Assembly: GCA_964549355.1 (NCBI GenBank)
Contig: CAZJUS010000016.1
Location: forward strand, 1-18,450
DNA: 18,450 nt
Direction of reading: 5' to 3'
From: Candidatus Undinarchaeota archaeon
GTDB lineage: Archaea > SpSt-1190
The position numbers and the translations under genes are program-made. Each line of letters begins with the position of its first letter. Positions within the stretch are counted from its first letter, which is position 1. Of this stretch, positions 8,333 to 15,944 are shown one piece after another. The notes under the pieces are model-generated. The model was not told the DNA's origin, searched no databases, and worked only from the letters and a program-made list of their open reading frames with translations.

Positions 8333-8920
8333 ATGGGATGCTCAAAATTCACTTTCCTCATATTCTCCTTGGCGGTGCTGTCGCTGTCGGCGATGGCAGC
8401 CAGCGTTGAGATTTCTCCGAAATATGCGAGGATACCTGTCAATGCCAGCCAGATTTTTGAAATCAGCCTGGTGGGCGAAGGAGGGCTCTACGATGTCAAG
8501 GCCTACGGCGGTTCGAACCTGGACTGGAACACCAAGAGCCTCTGGGTTGGGTCTTACGGCAAGAAGGAGAGAGTGACCTTCACACCCGATGGGGCGGGGA
8601 CTTACATCATTACAGTTGAGATGGGGGGTGAAAGGGATTCGGCCGAAGTGGAGGTGTATGAGCCGAAGGCTTCCAATATCCAGGACAAGATAGAAGAGCT
8701 CCGCTCCCAGCTGACCAAGCCTGAGGACATCGCCAGGCTGAACGAAGTGGAGAGGCTCTACAATGAAAGCCGCATGGACCTCGCCGAGATCAGACTGCAG
8801 GAGCTGATGGACCAATTGTCCAGAGAGGTTGCAGAAAGCACCCCGAGCACCCTGCCCTACATCCTGCTGGTGCTCCTGCTACTGCTGGCCGCTGTTGCAG
8901 TGGCGAAAATAGTGCTGTGA
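8333..8920 (+). CDS. Hypothetical cell-surface protein (signal peptide, Ig-like beta domain, helical stalk, C-terminal TM anchor)
   Basis: Signal peptide 'MGCSKFTFLIFSLAVLSLSAMAA'; beta-rich segment ending 'FTPDGAGTYIITVE'; charged helical region; terminal 'LPYILLVLLLLLAAVAVAKIVL'. Confidence 0.75.
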   Translation: MGCSKFTFLIFSLAVLSLSAMAASVEISPKYARIPVNASQIFEISLVGEGGLYDVKAYGGSNLDWNTKSLWVGSYGKKERVTFTPDGAGTYIITVEMGGERDSAEVEVYEPKASNIQDKIEELRSQLTKPEDIARLNEVERLYNESRMDLAEIRLQELMDQLSREVAESTPSTLPYILLVLLLLLAAVAVAKIVL

Positions 8921-8946
8921 CCCCTAAATAGTGCTGCAACCCTAAA
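8907..8946. repeat. Imperfect tandem duplication of about 19 bp
   Basis: AAATAGTGCTGTGACCCCT (8907-8925) followed by AAATAGTGCTGCAACCCT(AAA). An 11-bp exact core AAATAGTGCTG occurs at 8907 and 8926. Confidence 0.7.
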
Positions 8947-9046
8947 ACCTCAGTTTAATGTCGGTGAAATACTGGCTTATGAAAAGCAAAGGGACAGTGA
9001 AGAAAAGCCCCATTATCGTTGTTGCAAGCGGAGTCAGCAGGTTCAT
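8942..9046 (-). CDS. Putative 34-aa single-TM small protein (not in the ORF track)
   Basis: Manual translation: MNLLTPLATTIMGLFFTVPLLFISQYFTDIKLRF*. The ATG lies 3 nt after the hef stop (GAGGAA-TGA-AAA-ATG, with GAGG as a possible SD). It fills the otherwise empty gap. Confidence 0.55.
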   Translation of the reverse strand: MNLLTPLATTIMGLFFTVPLLFISQYFTDIKLRF

Positions 9047-9049
9047 TTT

Positions 9050-11131
9050 TCATTCCTCAAATTCTGATGCCAATGTCTTTGCGATGCGCTCTGCCTTTTT
9101 TGGGCCGATGCCTTCGACTTTGCTCAACTCCTTTATGCCCGCCCTAAATATAGCTATCGGTGAGCCGAAGGCTTCGAGCAGCCTCCGGGCGAGCACCAGG
9201 TTGATTCCCGGCAGGGATGCCACCAAAAACTCCTGCTGCTGTTTGAGGGTCGTCGCCTTCGGCGTCTTGACTGAAGGGCTGTGCCCTGCCTTGGTCTCGC
9301 GGGCGGCGAGCACTTTGATGAACTCTGCAGTCTCGTCAAGGTCCTTGGTGAATATGACCGGCAGGCCCCTGTTCACGACCAGACTTGCCAGCGCCCCCCT
9401 TATTGCATTGGGGTGGACCGCCCTGTGGCTGTACAGGTCGTTGCCTTCAATCAATAGGAGGGGCTTCTCATAAAGCTCCTGGAGTTTTGCAACCTGGTCG
9501 AACAACCTGCCGTCCACTATGCTGTTCACAAAATCGGCAGCGGTCTTCCTTTCAATGGCAATCCTGTCGGATACAATAACATCCCCAATGGCCAGCCGGC
9601 GGCACGAAGCCCCCTTGAGCCGTTTGGCGAGGTCGAATTCCCTGTCATCCACCACCACATCGACCCCCCTGTCGATGAAATGACCGAGGCCCTTCTGCCC
9701 TGCAGGGTGCTCAATTTTGATTCTGCCCCCGGGCCTCATCCTGCTGAGGGTCTGTATCATACTCCATTCGCGCCGGCGCGAGCTGTAGAGATACACCTGC
9801 TCCTTGGTGCCTGCGGTTGCCAGAATCTTGACTTTTCCGCCCCCTCTGAGCCTCCCCTTCCGCTGGATAAGCCTTATTGAGCTCGGAACGGGTTCATAGA
9901 AAACCACCAGTCTGACGCTTGGGAGGTCTATGCCCTCCTCCCCGACTGAGGTGGAGACCAGCGCCCGGAACCTGCCTTCCCTGAAGGCTTTGACGGTGGC
10001 CTTCTGCTCCTTCTGGCTCATGCCTTCCTTCTGCCCCACGAAAGCCCTGGCCGAAATGCCTTCATTCTCCAAGGCTTTTACTATCTCCTGCCCCTGGCGC
10101 CGGAAATGCGAGAACACTATAATCTGCCCCGTGCCGGCGGACTCCCGGACGAACCTGACCAGCAGCTCCATTTTGGGGTGCACCAAGCCCCTCGGAGGGC
10201 TCGGCAGCTGGGACAGCAGCTCCCGGGCGGCGCGGCTCCTGTCCTCCATCAGCCTGTCCAGGTAGTCTGCATAAGCTTCAATGCTCTGGGTCTCGGCCAT
10301 CTCCAGGGCGTGCAGGCATTTTATGGCCGCCGCTGAATAGCTCATGGCGTCGTAATCGTCCGCCCTCTTCTGTATTTCAATGAGGTCGAGCTTCCGAATC
10401 CTGCTGAGGTTGGCGGTGCCCAGCAGCTCCATTTTCTTCAGGGCCCTGACGTAGACCCTCAGCACATCCTTGATTCGGCTTGTGAACTGCTTGTACTTGT
10501 CAGGGAGCTTCACCTCATGCCAGGTTATCAGCTTGTCCTTCATATAGGGCCGGACGTCCCTGTCATACTCAGTCCTGATTTCGACCTGCTTGATAAAGAG
10601 GTTGCCCATGACCTCCTTGATTTTTTCCTGGTCCCTGCCGGGCGATGCGGTGAGCGCCAGTATATGCGAAGCCACTGCGTCGTCCTTGTATCTCTGGGCT
10701 ATGTACACATAGGCATAGTCTCCGACGGCCCTGTGAGCCTCGTCAAACACCACCAGGCTCACGTCGTCCAGCTTCCTGCCCCTCAGCAGATCGTTCTGGA
10801 CTGTCTGGGGCGTAGCCACAATCCATCTCGCCTCTTCCCACATCTTCAGCCTTTTGGCCCGCGGAATTTTCCCCGACAGGATGGTGGGCGTGATGCCGGT
10901 GGAAGCCTCTATGCTTTTGGCGTGCTGCTCCACCAGAGGTTTGGTCGGAGCCAGAAACAGGATTTTCCCGCGCTTGTCGCGCAACAGCCCCAGCATGACT
11001 GCGATAAGGGTCTTCCCAAGCCCCGTCGGCAGGACCACCAGGGTGTTGTTTTTGGCAGCCGTGGCCAGGATTTTTTCCTGGTAGAGGCGGGGCCTCACTT
11101 TGAGCCTGCCTGGGGGCCTTGCATCGGACAC
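9050..11131 (-). CDS. hef: Hef (FANCM/Mph1-like DEAH helicase fused to XPF/ERCC4 nuclease and HhH2)
   Basis: 'PRLYQE', Walker A 'PTGLGKT', 'FDEAHRAVGDYAY', 'LTASP', 'STSVGEEGID', nuclease 'VVVDDRE...GDVIVS..IAIERKT..DF..SIVDGRLFDQ', HhH 'LPGI', 'VEGIGPKKA'. GTG 11131 chosen because GGAGG lies 6 nt upstream and TTTTAAA is at 11152-11158; ATG 11137 and 11146 are alternatives. Confidence 0.95.
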   Translation of the reverse strand: MSDARPPGRLKVRPRLYQEKILATAAKNNTLVVLPTGLGKTLIAVMLGLLRDKRGKILFLAPTKPLVEQHAKSIEASTGITPTILSGKIPRAKRLKMWEEARWIVATPQTVQNDLLRGRKLDDVSLVVFDEAHRAVGDYAYVYIAQRYKDDAVASHILALTASPGRDQEKIKEVMGNLFIKQVEIRTEYDRDVRPYMKDKLITWHEVKLPDKYKQFTSRIKDVLRVYVRALKKMELLGTANLSRIRKLDLIEIQKRADDYDAMSYSAAAIKCLHALEMAETQSIEAYADYLDRLMEDRSRAARELLSQLPSPPRGLVHPKMELLVRFVRESAGTGQIIVFSHFRRQGQEIVKALENEGISARAFVGQKEGMSQKEQKATVKAFREGRFRALVSTSVGEEGIDLPSVRLVVFYEPVPSSIRLIQRKGRLRGGGKVKILATAGTKEQVYLYSSRRREWSMIQTLSRMRPGGRIKIEHPAGQKGLGHFIDRGVDVVVDDREFDLAKRLKGASCRRLAIGDVIVSDRIAIERKTAADFVNSIVDGRLFDQVAKLQELYEKPLLLIEGNDLYSHRAVHPNAIRGALASLVVNRGLPVIFTKDLDETAEFIKVLAARETKAGHSPSVKTPKATTLKQQQEFLVASLPGINLVLARRLLEAFGSPIAIFRAGIKELSKVEGIGPKKAERIAKTLASEFEE

Positions 11132-11186
11132 ATTCATCCTCCGCATCCGGGTTTAAAACTTTGAACTGTAGCGTGCCGTTCATCAT

Positions 11187-11228
11187 GCACCGTGTAAACA
11201 ATAAACAGCACCGTGTAAACAATAAATA
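11187..11228. repeat. 21-bp tandem direct repeat (2 copies, 20/21 identical) in the divergent hef intergenic region
   Basis: GCACCGTGTAAACAATAAACA (11187-11207) and GCACCGTGTAAACAATAAATA (11208-11228). Confidence 0.9.
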
Positions 11229-11233
11229 CTACC

Positions 11234-11899
11234 ATGTCAATGCCGGGTATGGCACTGATGGAAATGTTGCAGGCCGTATACGGGACTCTGCAGGCATCGC
11301 TGATGGGTGCGGGAATAACCCTCCTGCAGGTGGTCATCCTCCTGCTCGCCGGCATAGTGGTGGGCAAGATATTGGGCGCTTTTGTCAAGAAGCTCCTCCA
11401 GGCTTTCAAGCTCAAGGAGGCCCTTGCCTCCATAAAGGCAGAGCCGTCGTTCCTCGGCATAGACCTCGTGGAGCTGATAAAGCTCTTTGTGGAGTGGTAC
11501 ACTTACCTGTACTTTATAATGGCGGCCTTGCTGGCCATGAATGTAGCCTCCCTCGCAGCTTTCATTGATGAAATCAAAAGCATGGGAGTCCTGCTTGTGG
11601 AGGCAGTGGTGGTCGCGTATTTCGGACTGCAGGTTGCCAACTACCTCCGGAGGGGCTTGAAGAAGCATTCCAAATCAGCATACCTGGCCGACATAGTCTA
11701 CTATGTGGTCATCTACCTGACGCTTATCCTGGCGCTGACCTCAGTGTATCCGCAGGCGGCCAATCTCTTGAACTACCTGCTCATGATACTGGTGGCTTCA
11801 ATCGGCCTGGGCCTTTCGCTCGGCCTGGGGATTTCTTTGGGCCTCGGCACCAAGGAGATAGTGGGCAAAGTGGCCAGGAAATATGTGAGGAAGAAGTGA
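11234..11899 (+). CDS. Membrane protein with MscS-associated conserved TM-helix repeats (small-conductance mechanosensitive channel-like)
   Basis: Two repeats of the pattern 'VILLLAGIVVGKILGAFVKKLL...LVELIKLFVEWYTY..FIMAAL' / 'VVAYFGLQVANYL...LADIVYYVVIY..LILAL', ending 'GLGLSLGLGISLGLGTKEIV'. No cytoplasmic MscS beta domain. Exact start uncertain (several in-frame ATGs). Confidence 0.7.
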   Translation: MSMPGMALMEMLQAVYGTLQASLMGAGITLLQVVILLLAGIVVGKILGAFVKKLLQAFKLKEALASIKAEPSFLGIDLVELIKLFVEWYTYLYFIMAALLAMNVASLAAFIDEIKSMGVLLVEAVVVAYFGLQVANYLRRGLKKHSKSAYLADIVYYVVIYLTLILALTSVYPQAANLLNYLLMILVASIGLGLSLGLGISLGLGTKEIVGKVARKYVRKK

Positions 11900-12687
11900 T
11901 GCCCAAAGCTGTCAGGCTGGTGTTTCTCGGCACCGGCGGAGGCAGGTTTGTAACAGTCTCGCAGGTATTGAGCACGGGCGGCTTCCGGGTCGAGACAGAC
12001 CAGGTTTTCCAGGTGGACCCCGGCCCCGGGGCCCTGAGAGACTACCGCAACCTCCATCTGCCTTTTGACTTCTCGACCATCCTGCTCTCCCATGACCACC
12101 TGGACCATGTCCACGATGCGGATGTCCTCATATCGGCGGTCACCGACGGCAACCGGGATGCATGGAAGGCCGGGCATGTCATAAAAAAAGTGAATCTGAT
12201 TGGAACCCGGACTGCTTTGGATTTGGTGCACCCTTATTTTTTGAAGAGGACCAACAGCACTGCTGTGAATGCGGGATCGGAAATCAAAATCGGAAGGACG
12301 AAGCTCATATTCACTCCCGGAGACCACAGTGCAGAGGAGGTGGTCGGTGTTGTTTTTGAGTATGGCGGCCGCAGGCTTTGGTATTCGAGCGACACCCGGA
12401 TTCTCGGTGAACACTACAAGCTCAGGAATCTGGATCTGGCTGTGCTGAATGTGGTTTATCCACAGCCCAACCCCCACCCGCGGTACGACTACCATCTTTC
12501 CGCCGGCCAGGTTGTCAAGTGGGCTCTGGAAGCCCGCCCAAAAACCATCATCATCAGGCATTTCGGCATGAGGATGCTGAAAGCGGGGCCGGACAAAGTG
12601 GCTGCAGGAATTGAAAAGGCAACAGGGGTGCGGACCATTGCAGCCAAAGACGGCATGGTTTTTGAGCTCCCTGCCAAAAAAACATAA
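11899..12687 (+). CDS. Metallo-beta-lactamase fold hydrolase (PhnP/RNase Z-like archaeal family)
   Basis: 'VFLGTGGGR', 'VDPGPG', HxHxDH 'SHDHLDH', later 'DH', 'YSSDT', 'YHLS' and 'HFGM'. TGATG stop/start coupling with the upstream gene. Confidence 0.88.
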   Translation: MPKAVRLVFLGTGGGRFVTVSQVLSTGGFRVETDQVFQVDPGPGALRDYRNLHLPFDFSTILLSHDHLDHVHDADVLISAVTDGNRDAWKAGHVIKKVNLIGTRTALDLVHPYFLKRTNSTAVNAGSEIKIGRTKLIFTPGDHSAEEVVGVVFEYGGRRLWYSSDTRILGEHYKLRNLDLAVLNVVYPQPNPHPRYDYHLSAGQVVKWALEARPKTIIIRHFGMRMLKAGPDKVAAGIEKATGVRTIAAKDGMVFELPAKKT

Positions 12688-12711
12688 CTATCGGTGTCTG
12701 GCAGTTATTCT

Positions 12712-14367
12712 ATGGCAAGAAGGCTCCTGCTGTTTTCCGTCCTGCTCCTTTCAGGGGCTTTCGCTTTTGTCTCGGAAGCCCGGCTTGGCGTGGCGGTGGG
12801 GGCGACCATATCAGGGGGAAGCGGGACTGTTACAGTCCTTGAGTATCCCCGGGATTTCCCCCGGCAGACAGCCCAATGCACGGACAACAGGATGAGCTTC
12901 CCCCCGTATTTCCGGACAGTCAACTGCACTGTGGACAGATGGCAGGCCCGGGACTTCAGCACGGCGAGCTACGGCTCGACCCCGCTTGTCGAAGCCGATC
13001 CGCAGATAATTTCCCTTGCCGAATCCATGCGGAGCAAATCCGTCTTTGAAACTTCTGTGAAGCTTGCGGATTGGGTTTTCAACAACATAGAATATAACCT
13101 GGATTTCGGAGAGCTCCAGAAGAATGCATCCGAAACCTACAGGCTCCGGGAGGGGACCTGCGATGAATTCACCCACCTGTTTTTGGCATTGGTGAAAAGT
13201 CTGGGCTATGATGCCCGGTATGTCAGCGGGTTCGCCTACGGCGATTCAGGATGGCTCCCCCACGCATGGGCCGAAGTGCGGACTGAATACGGCTGGATGC
13301 CCTTTGATACAACCTTCGGGGAGTACGGCATCGTCGACGCTTTGCATGTGGCCACTTACAAGGGTGCGGACGGCAACAGCAGTTTTGTCCAGGCCACCAG
13401 CACAGGCAGCCCAAGCATCCAGGAATATTATGATTTGCGCGTTTTATCAACGAAAAACATCAGTTTTGGTTTTGAGACCTCCGCCACCGACACCGGCAGC
13501 GGCCAGGCTGTCCTCATTGAAATTTCAGCGCACAACCCATTTGGTTTTCCCGTGGCGTTCGCCTCCAAATTCTTTGCACCATCCAACTTCAGGATGATTC
13601 CCATCTATAAGACGGATTACATACGGCTGAATCCCGGCGGCACCTCCTTGTATTGGGTTTACAGAGTCCCCAACATAACCGACGGTTCACTTTTTCAGGT
13701 TCCATACCGCATTACCATACTGGATGAAACAGCAAACTCAAGTTTTAGAGTCGGCGGTGCGGAAGAATGCACACCACCGCAAAGATTCCCTGACAAATTC
13801 AACGCAAGCGGGTGTGTGAATGTTGAAACAGGGGAAAAAGTGAATGGTTTTGTGGACGGCGGTATGTTTATGTGCGGCGCCTGTTTTTATGAATTGATTC
13901 CGAAAAGTGAATTGAATTATACTGTGAACGCACCTTCCGGATGCTATGAACCATGTGAACTTAAAGTCGAGCTCGACGGCATGTCTTATGTCAATCTGAC
14001 TGTGGACAATGAGAGCAGAAGCAACCTTCTGGTCCGCGGGCCGGTTGCCGAAACTTTTTCAGTCCTTCCCGGGAGCCACAGAGTCGTTGTGAATGGCGAG
14101 GAAAGCCGGGTGCTTATTGAGGAGCTGCCGAAGCCGGAATTCCATGAAGAATGGAACGGCAGGACGGTCTGCCTGGTGCCGTCTTCCGGGTGGGAATTCT
14201 CCAACAACTGCTTCCAGCTTTCCTGCGGGGGGCACGAAGTCCGGTTTTCAGGCAGTTACAGGGGGCACAGGGCTTCAATAACAGCCACCGTCGACCGGCA
14301 GTGCGGTTTTTTCTGCCGGCTCCTGGAAAAGGTTATTAGCTTCCTGGCAGATGAGTTGCGTGGATGA
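12712..14367 (+). CDS. Secreted transglutaminase-like (TGc, Cys-His-Asp) domain protein
   Basis: Signal peptide; catalytic triad motifs 'GTCDEFTHLF', 'ARYVSG', 'HAWAEV', 'WMPFDTT'. Cys-rich beta C-terminal half with many N-x-S/T sequons. Confidence 0.88.
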   Translation: MARRLLLFSVLLLSGAFAFVSEARLGVAVGATISGGSGTVTVLEYPRDFPRQTAQCTDNRMSFPPYFRTVNCTVDRWQARDFSTASYGSTPLVEADPQIISLAESMRSKSVFETSVKLADWVFNNIEYNLDFGELQKNASETYRLREGTCDEFTHLFLALVKSLGYDARYVSGFAYGDSGWLPHAWAEVRTEYGWMPFDTTFGEYGIVDALHVATYKGADGNSSFVQATSTGSPSIQEYYDLRVLSTKNISFGFETSATDTGSGQAVLIEISAHNPFGFPVAFASKFFAPSNFRMIPIYKTDYIRLNPGGTSLYWVYRVPNITDGSLFQVPYRITILDETANSSFRVGGAEECTPPQRFPDKFNASGCVNVETGEKVNGFVDGGMFMCGACFYELIPKSELNYTVNAPSGCYEPCELKVELDGMSYVNLTVDNESRSNLLVRGPVAETFSVLPGSHRVVVNGEESRVLIEELPKPEFHEEWNGRTVCLVPSSGWEFSNNCFQLSCGGHEVRFSGSYRGHRASITATVDRQCGFFCRLLEKVISFLADELRG

Positions 14368-15235
14368 CAAGCTCGTAATTGCCCTGCTTCTCCTGTACTT
14401 CTTCAAGCCTTTCCTGGGCACCATAACCTTTGCAGTGGTTTTTGCAGTCATGCTCCACCCGATCTACCGGAGGAAGCCGCACCCCGTATTTGCAGGCGTG
14501 CTGACAGTGGCCCTTGCCTTCGTGCTTTTTTTTTCAATTTATCAGACGGTGTTTTACCTCTATGACCAGGTTGCATACCTGATTAATATTTTCAACCAGT
14601 TTTCGCCGGAGCTCCAGCTGAAGATTTTGAATTTCAGTTCACAAACACCTCTATACACTTTTGTCTTGAACATAATTCAATCACTGCCCGGCATGGCAGT
14701 CAAACTGCTCCTCCTGTTCATTTTGGTTTACTTTCTTCTGGTTGATGGGGACAAGCTTGTTGGACTTGCAGGGTCCATGCTTCCGAAAAAGAAAGCAAAA
14801 CTTTTGGTGCGGGCCGGCAGCCACAATCTCAGGTCCATAGTGATGGGTGTTTTTGTGAATACGGCAATCTATACTCTGCTGGGGACTCTTGTGCTCTACT
14901 TCACCGACACTCCCTTTGCTCTTCTGTACGCCATTCTTGCAGGCATATTCGGACCCGTTCCTGTTGTTGCAGGCTGGATGGTGTACGGCTATCTGGCGGT
15001 CCAGAAGCTTATAGCGGGCCAGCTTGCCAACGCTTTGATTATCCTGGCTTTCACGCTGGTCTGGCCTTTGACCGGCGACCTCTACTTCCGCATCAGGTAC
15101 CGGGGCACCATCCATCCCGCCATCCTCCTGCTTTCCATGTTTGCAGGCATCTGGATGTTCGGTTTTGCAGGGTTTGTGATAGGGCCTGTGCTGGTCTCCC
15201 TGGCGTATACCTGGGTGGCGGTTGAGCAGGCATGA
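14351..15235 (+). CDS. AI-2E (PerM/TqsA, UPF0118) family transporter
   Basis: 'FKPFLGTITFAVVFAVMLHPIY', 'YFLLVDGDKL', 'PVPVVAG', 'IHPAILLLSMFAGIWMFGFAGFVIGPVL'. Start may be GTG 14360. Confidence 0.88.
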   Translation: MSCVDDKLVIALLLLYFFKPFLGTITFAVVFAVMLHPIYRRKPHPVFAGVLTVALAFVLFFSIYQTVFYLYDQVAYLINIFNQFSPELQLKILNFSSQTPLYTFVLNIIQSLPGMAVKLLLLFILVYFLLVDGDKLVGLAGSMLPKKKAKLLVRAGSHNLRSIVMGVFVNTAIYTLLGTLVLYFTDTPFALLYAILAGIFGPVPVVAGWMVYGYLAVQKLIAGQLANALIILAFTLVWPLTGDLYFRIRYRGTIHPAILLLSMFAGIWMFGFAGFVIGPVLVSLAYTWVAVEQA

Positions 15236-15287
15236 CATGCTCCGCAGCATGGCATAATATTAATACTACTTTGACTCTGATTAATGT

Positions 15288-15944
15288 GTGGACCCTATTG
15301 CAATTGCCATCCAGGACCTGCACAAAGTCGAGCCGAGGATTGTAACCCTCATCAGCGAGGGTGAGATAGACCCATGGGACATAGACATAGTCAAGCTCTG
15401 CGATATGTATGTGGGCGAAATCAAGAAGAGGGCCCCCCAGTGGGACCTGCGCATCTCCGGCAACGCCATCCTCACCGCTGCGGTCCTGCTCCGCCTGAAG
15501 AGCACTGTCCTGGACGAGAGGGCCGAGACGCCTGCCCAGGCGCCCGGCGTCATCCTGGGGGTCCCGGACATAGAGATAATCCCCATATCCCGCCGTGTCG
15601 AGCGCAAGATTACAGTGGTCGAGCTGCTTGACGCACTCAACAGCGCTTTCCGGCTGGAGAAAAGCAAGGAGATGGCCAAGAAGGCCCGGCCCGACATAAA
15701 ATTCTATGCCGTGGACCTCAGCCGTTTCATGGAGAAACTTTTAATGGAGCTGCCGGACAACATAGTGATTGAAGCAATGGGGGCTCTCATACTCTTCTCA
15801 TTGCTTGAGCTGGCCAACAAGAATGTAATTGAAGTAGAACAGGAAGATTGGAATGGAAGCATCCGAATTAGAAAACTGGGTGGAAGCTGCACTGTTCATG
15901 GCAGGCAAGCGGCTGGCCATCGAGGAGCTGTCGAAAATTCTTAA
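15288..15944 (+). CDS. scpA: Segregation and condensation protein A (kleisin subunit of SMC)
   Basis: 'GEIDPWDIDIVKLCDMY', 'DLRISGNAILTAAVLLRLKS', 'RKITVVELLDAL', C-terminal 'FSLLELA.KNVIEVEQED.NGSIRI'. Confidence 0.9.
   Translation: MDPIAIAIQDLHKVEPRIVTLISEGEIDPWDIDIVKLCDMYVGEIKKRAPQWDLRISGNAILTAAVLLRLKSTVLDERAETPAQAPGVILGVPDIEIIPISRRVERKITVVELLDALNSAFRLEKSKEMAKKARPDIKFYAVDLSRFMEKLLMELPDNIVIEAMGALILFSLLELANKNVIEVEQEDWNGSIRIRKLGGSCTVHGRQAAGHRGAVENS

Noticed and set aside
8958..9473. 171-aa + strand ORF
   Set aside because: Mostly antisense to the hef nuclease/HhH region; the minus-strand 34-aa ORF explains the gap better.
11187..11228. Possible CRISPR or mini-array
   Set aside because: Only two abutting copies, no spacer and no cas genes in the window.
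8921..11233. hef as cargo of a mobile element with target-site duplications
   Set aside because: The flanking repeats differ from each other, there is no integrase or transposase, and hef is a core gene with ordinary composition.
11773..12561. 262-aa minus-strand ORF
   Set aside because: Antisense shadow of the MBL hydrolase gene.
11899..12687. MBL hydrolase as a defence nuclease or antibiotic-resistance enzyme
   Set aside because: Motifs fit a widespread archaeal housekeeping-type MBL family, and no defence-associated partners are nearby.
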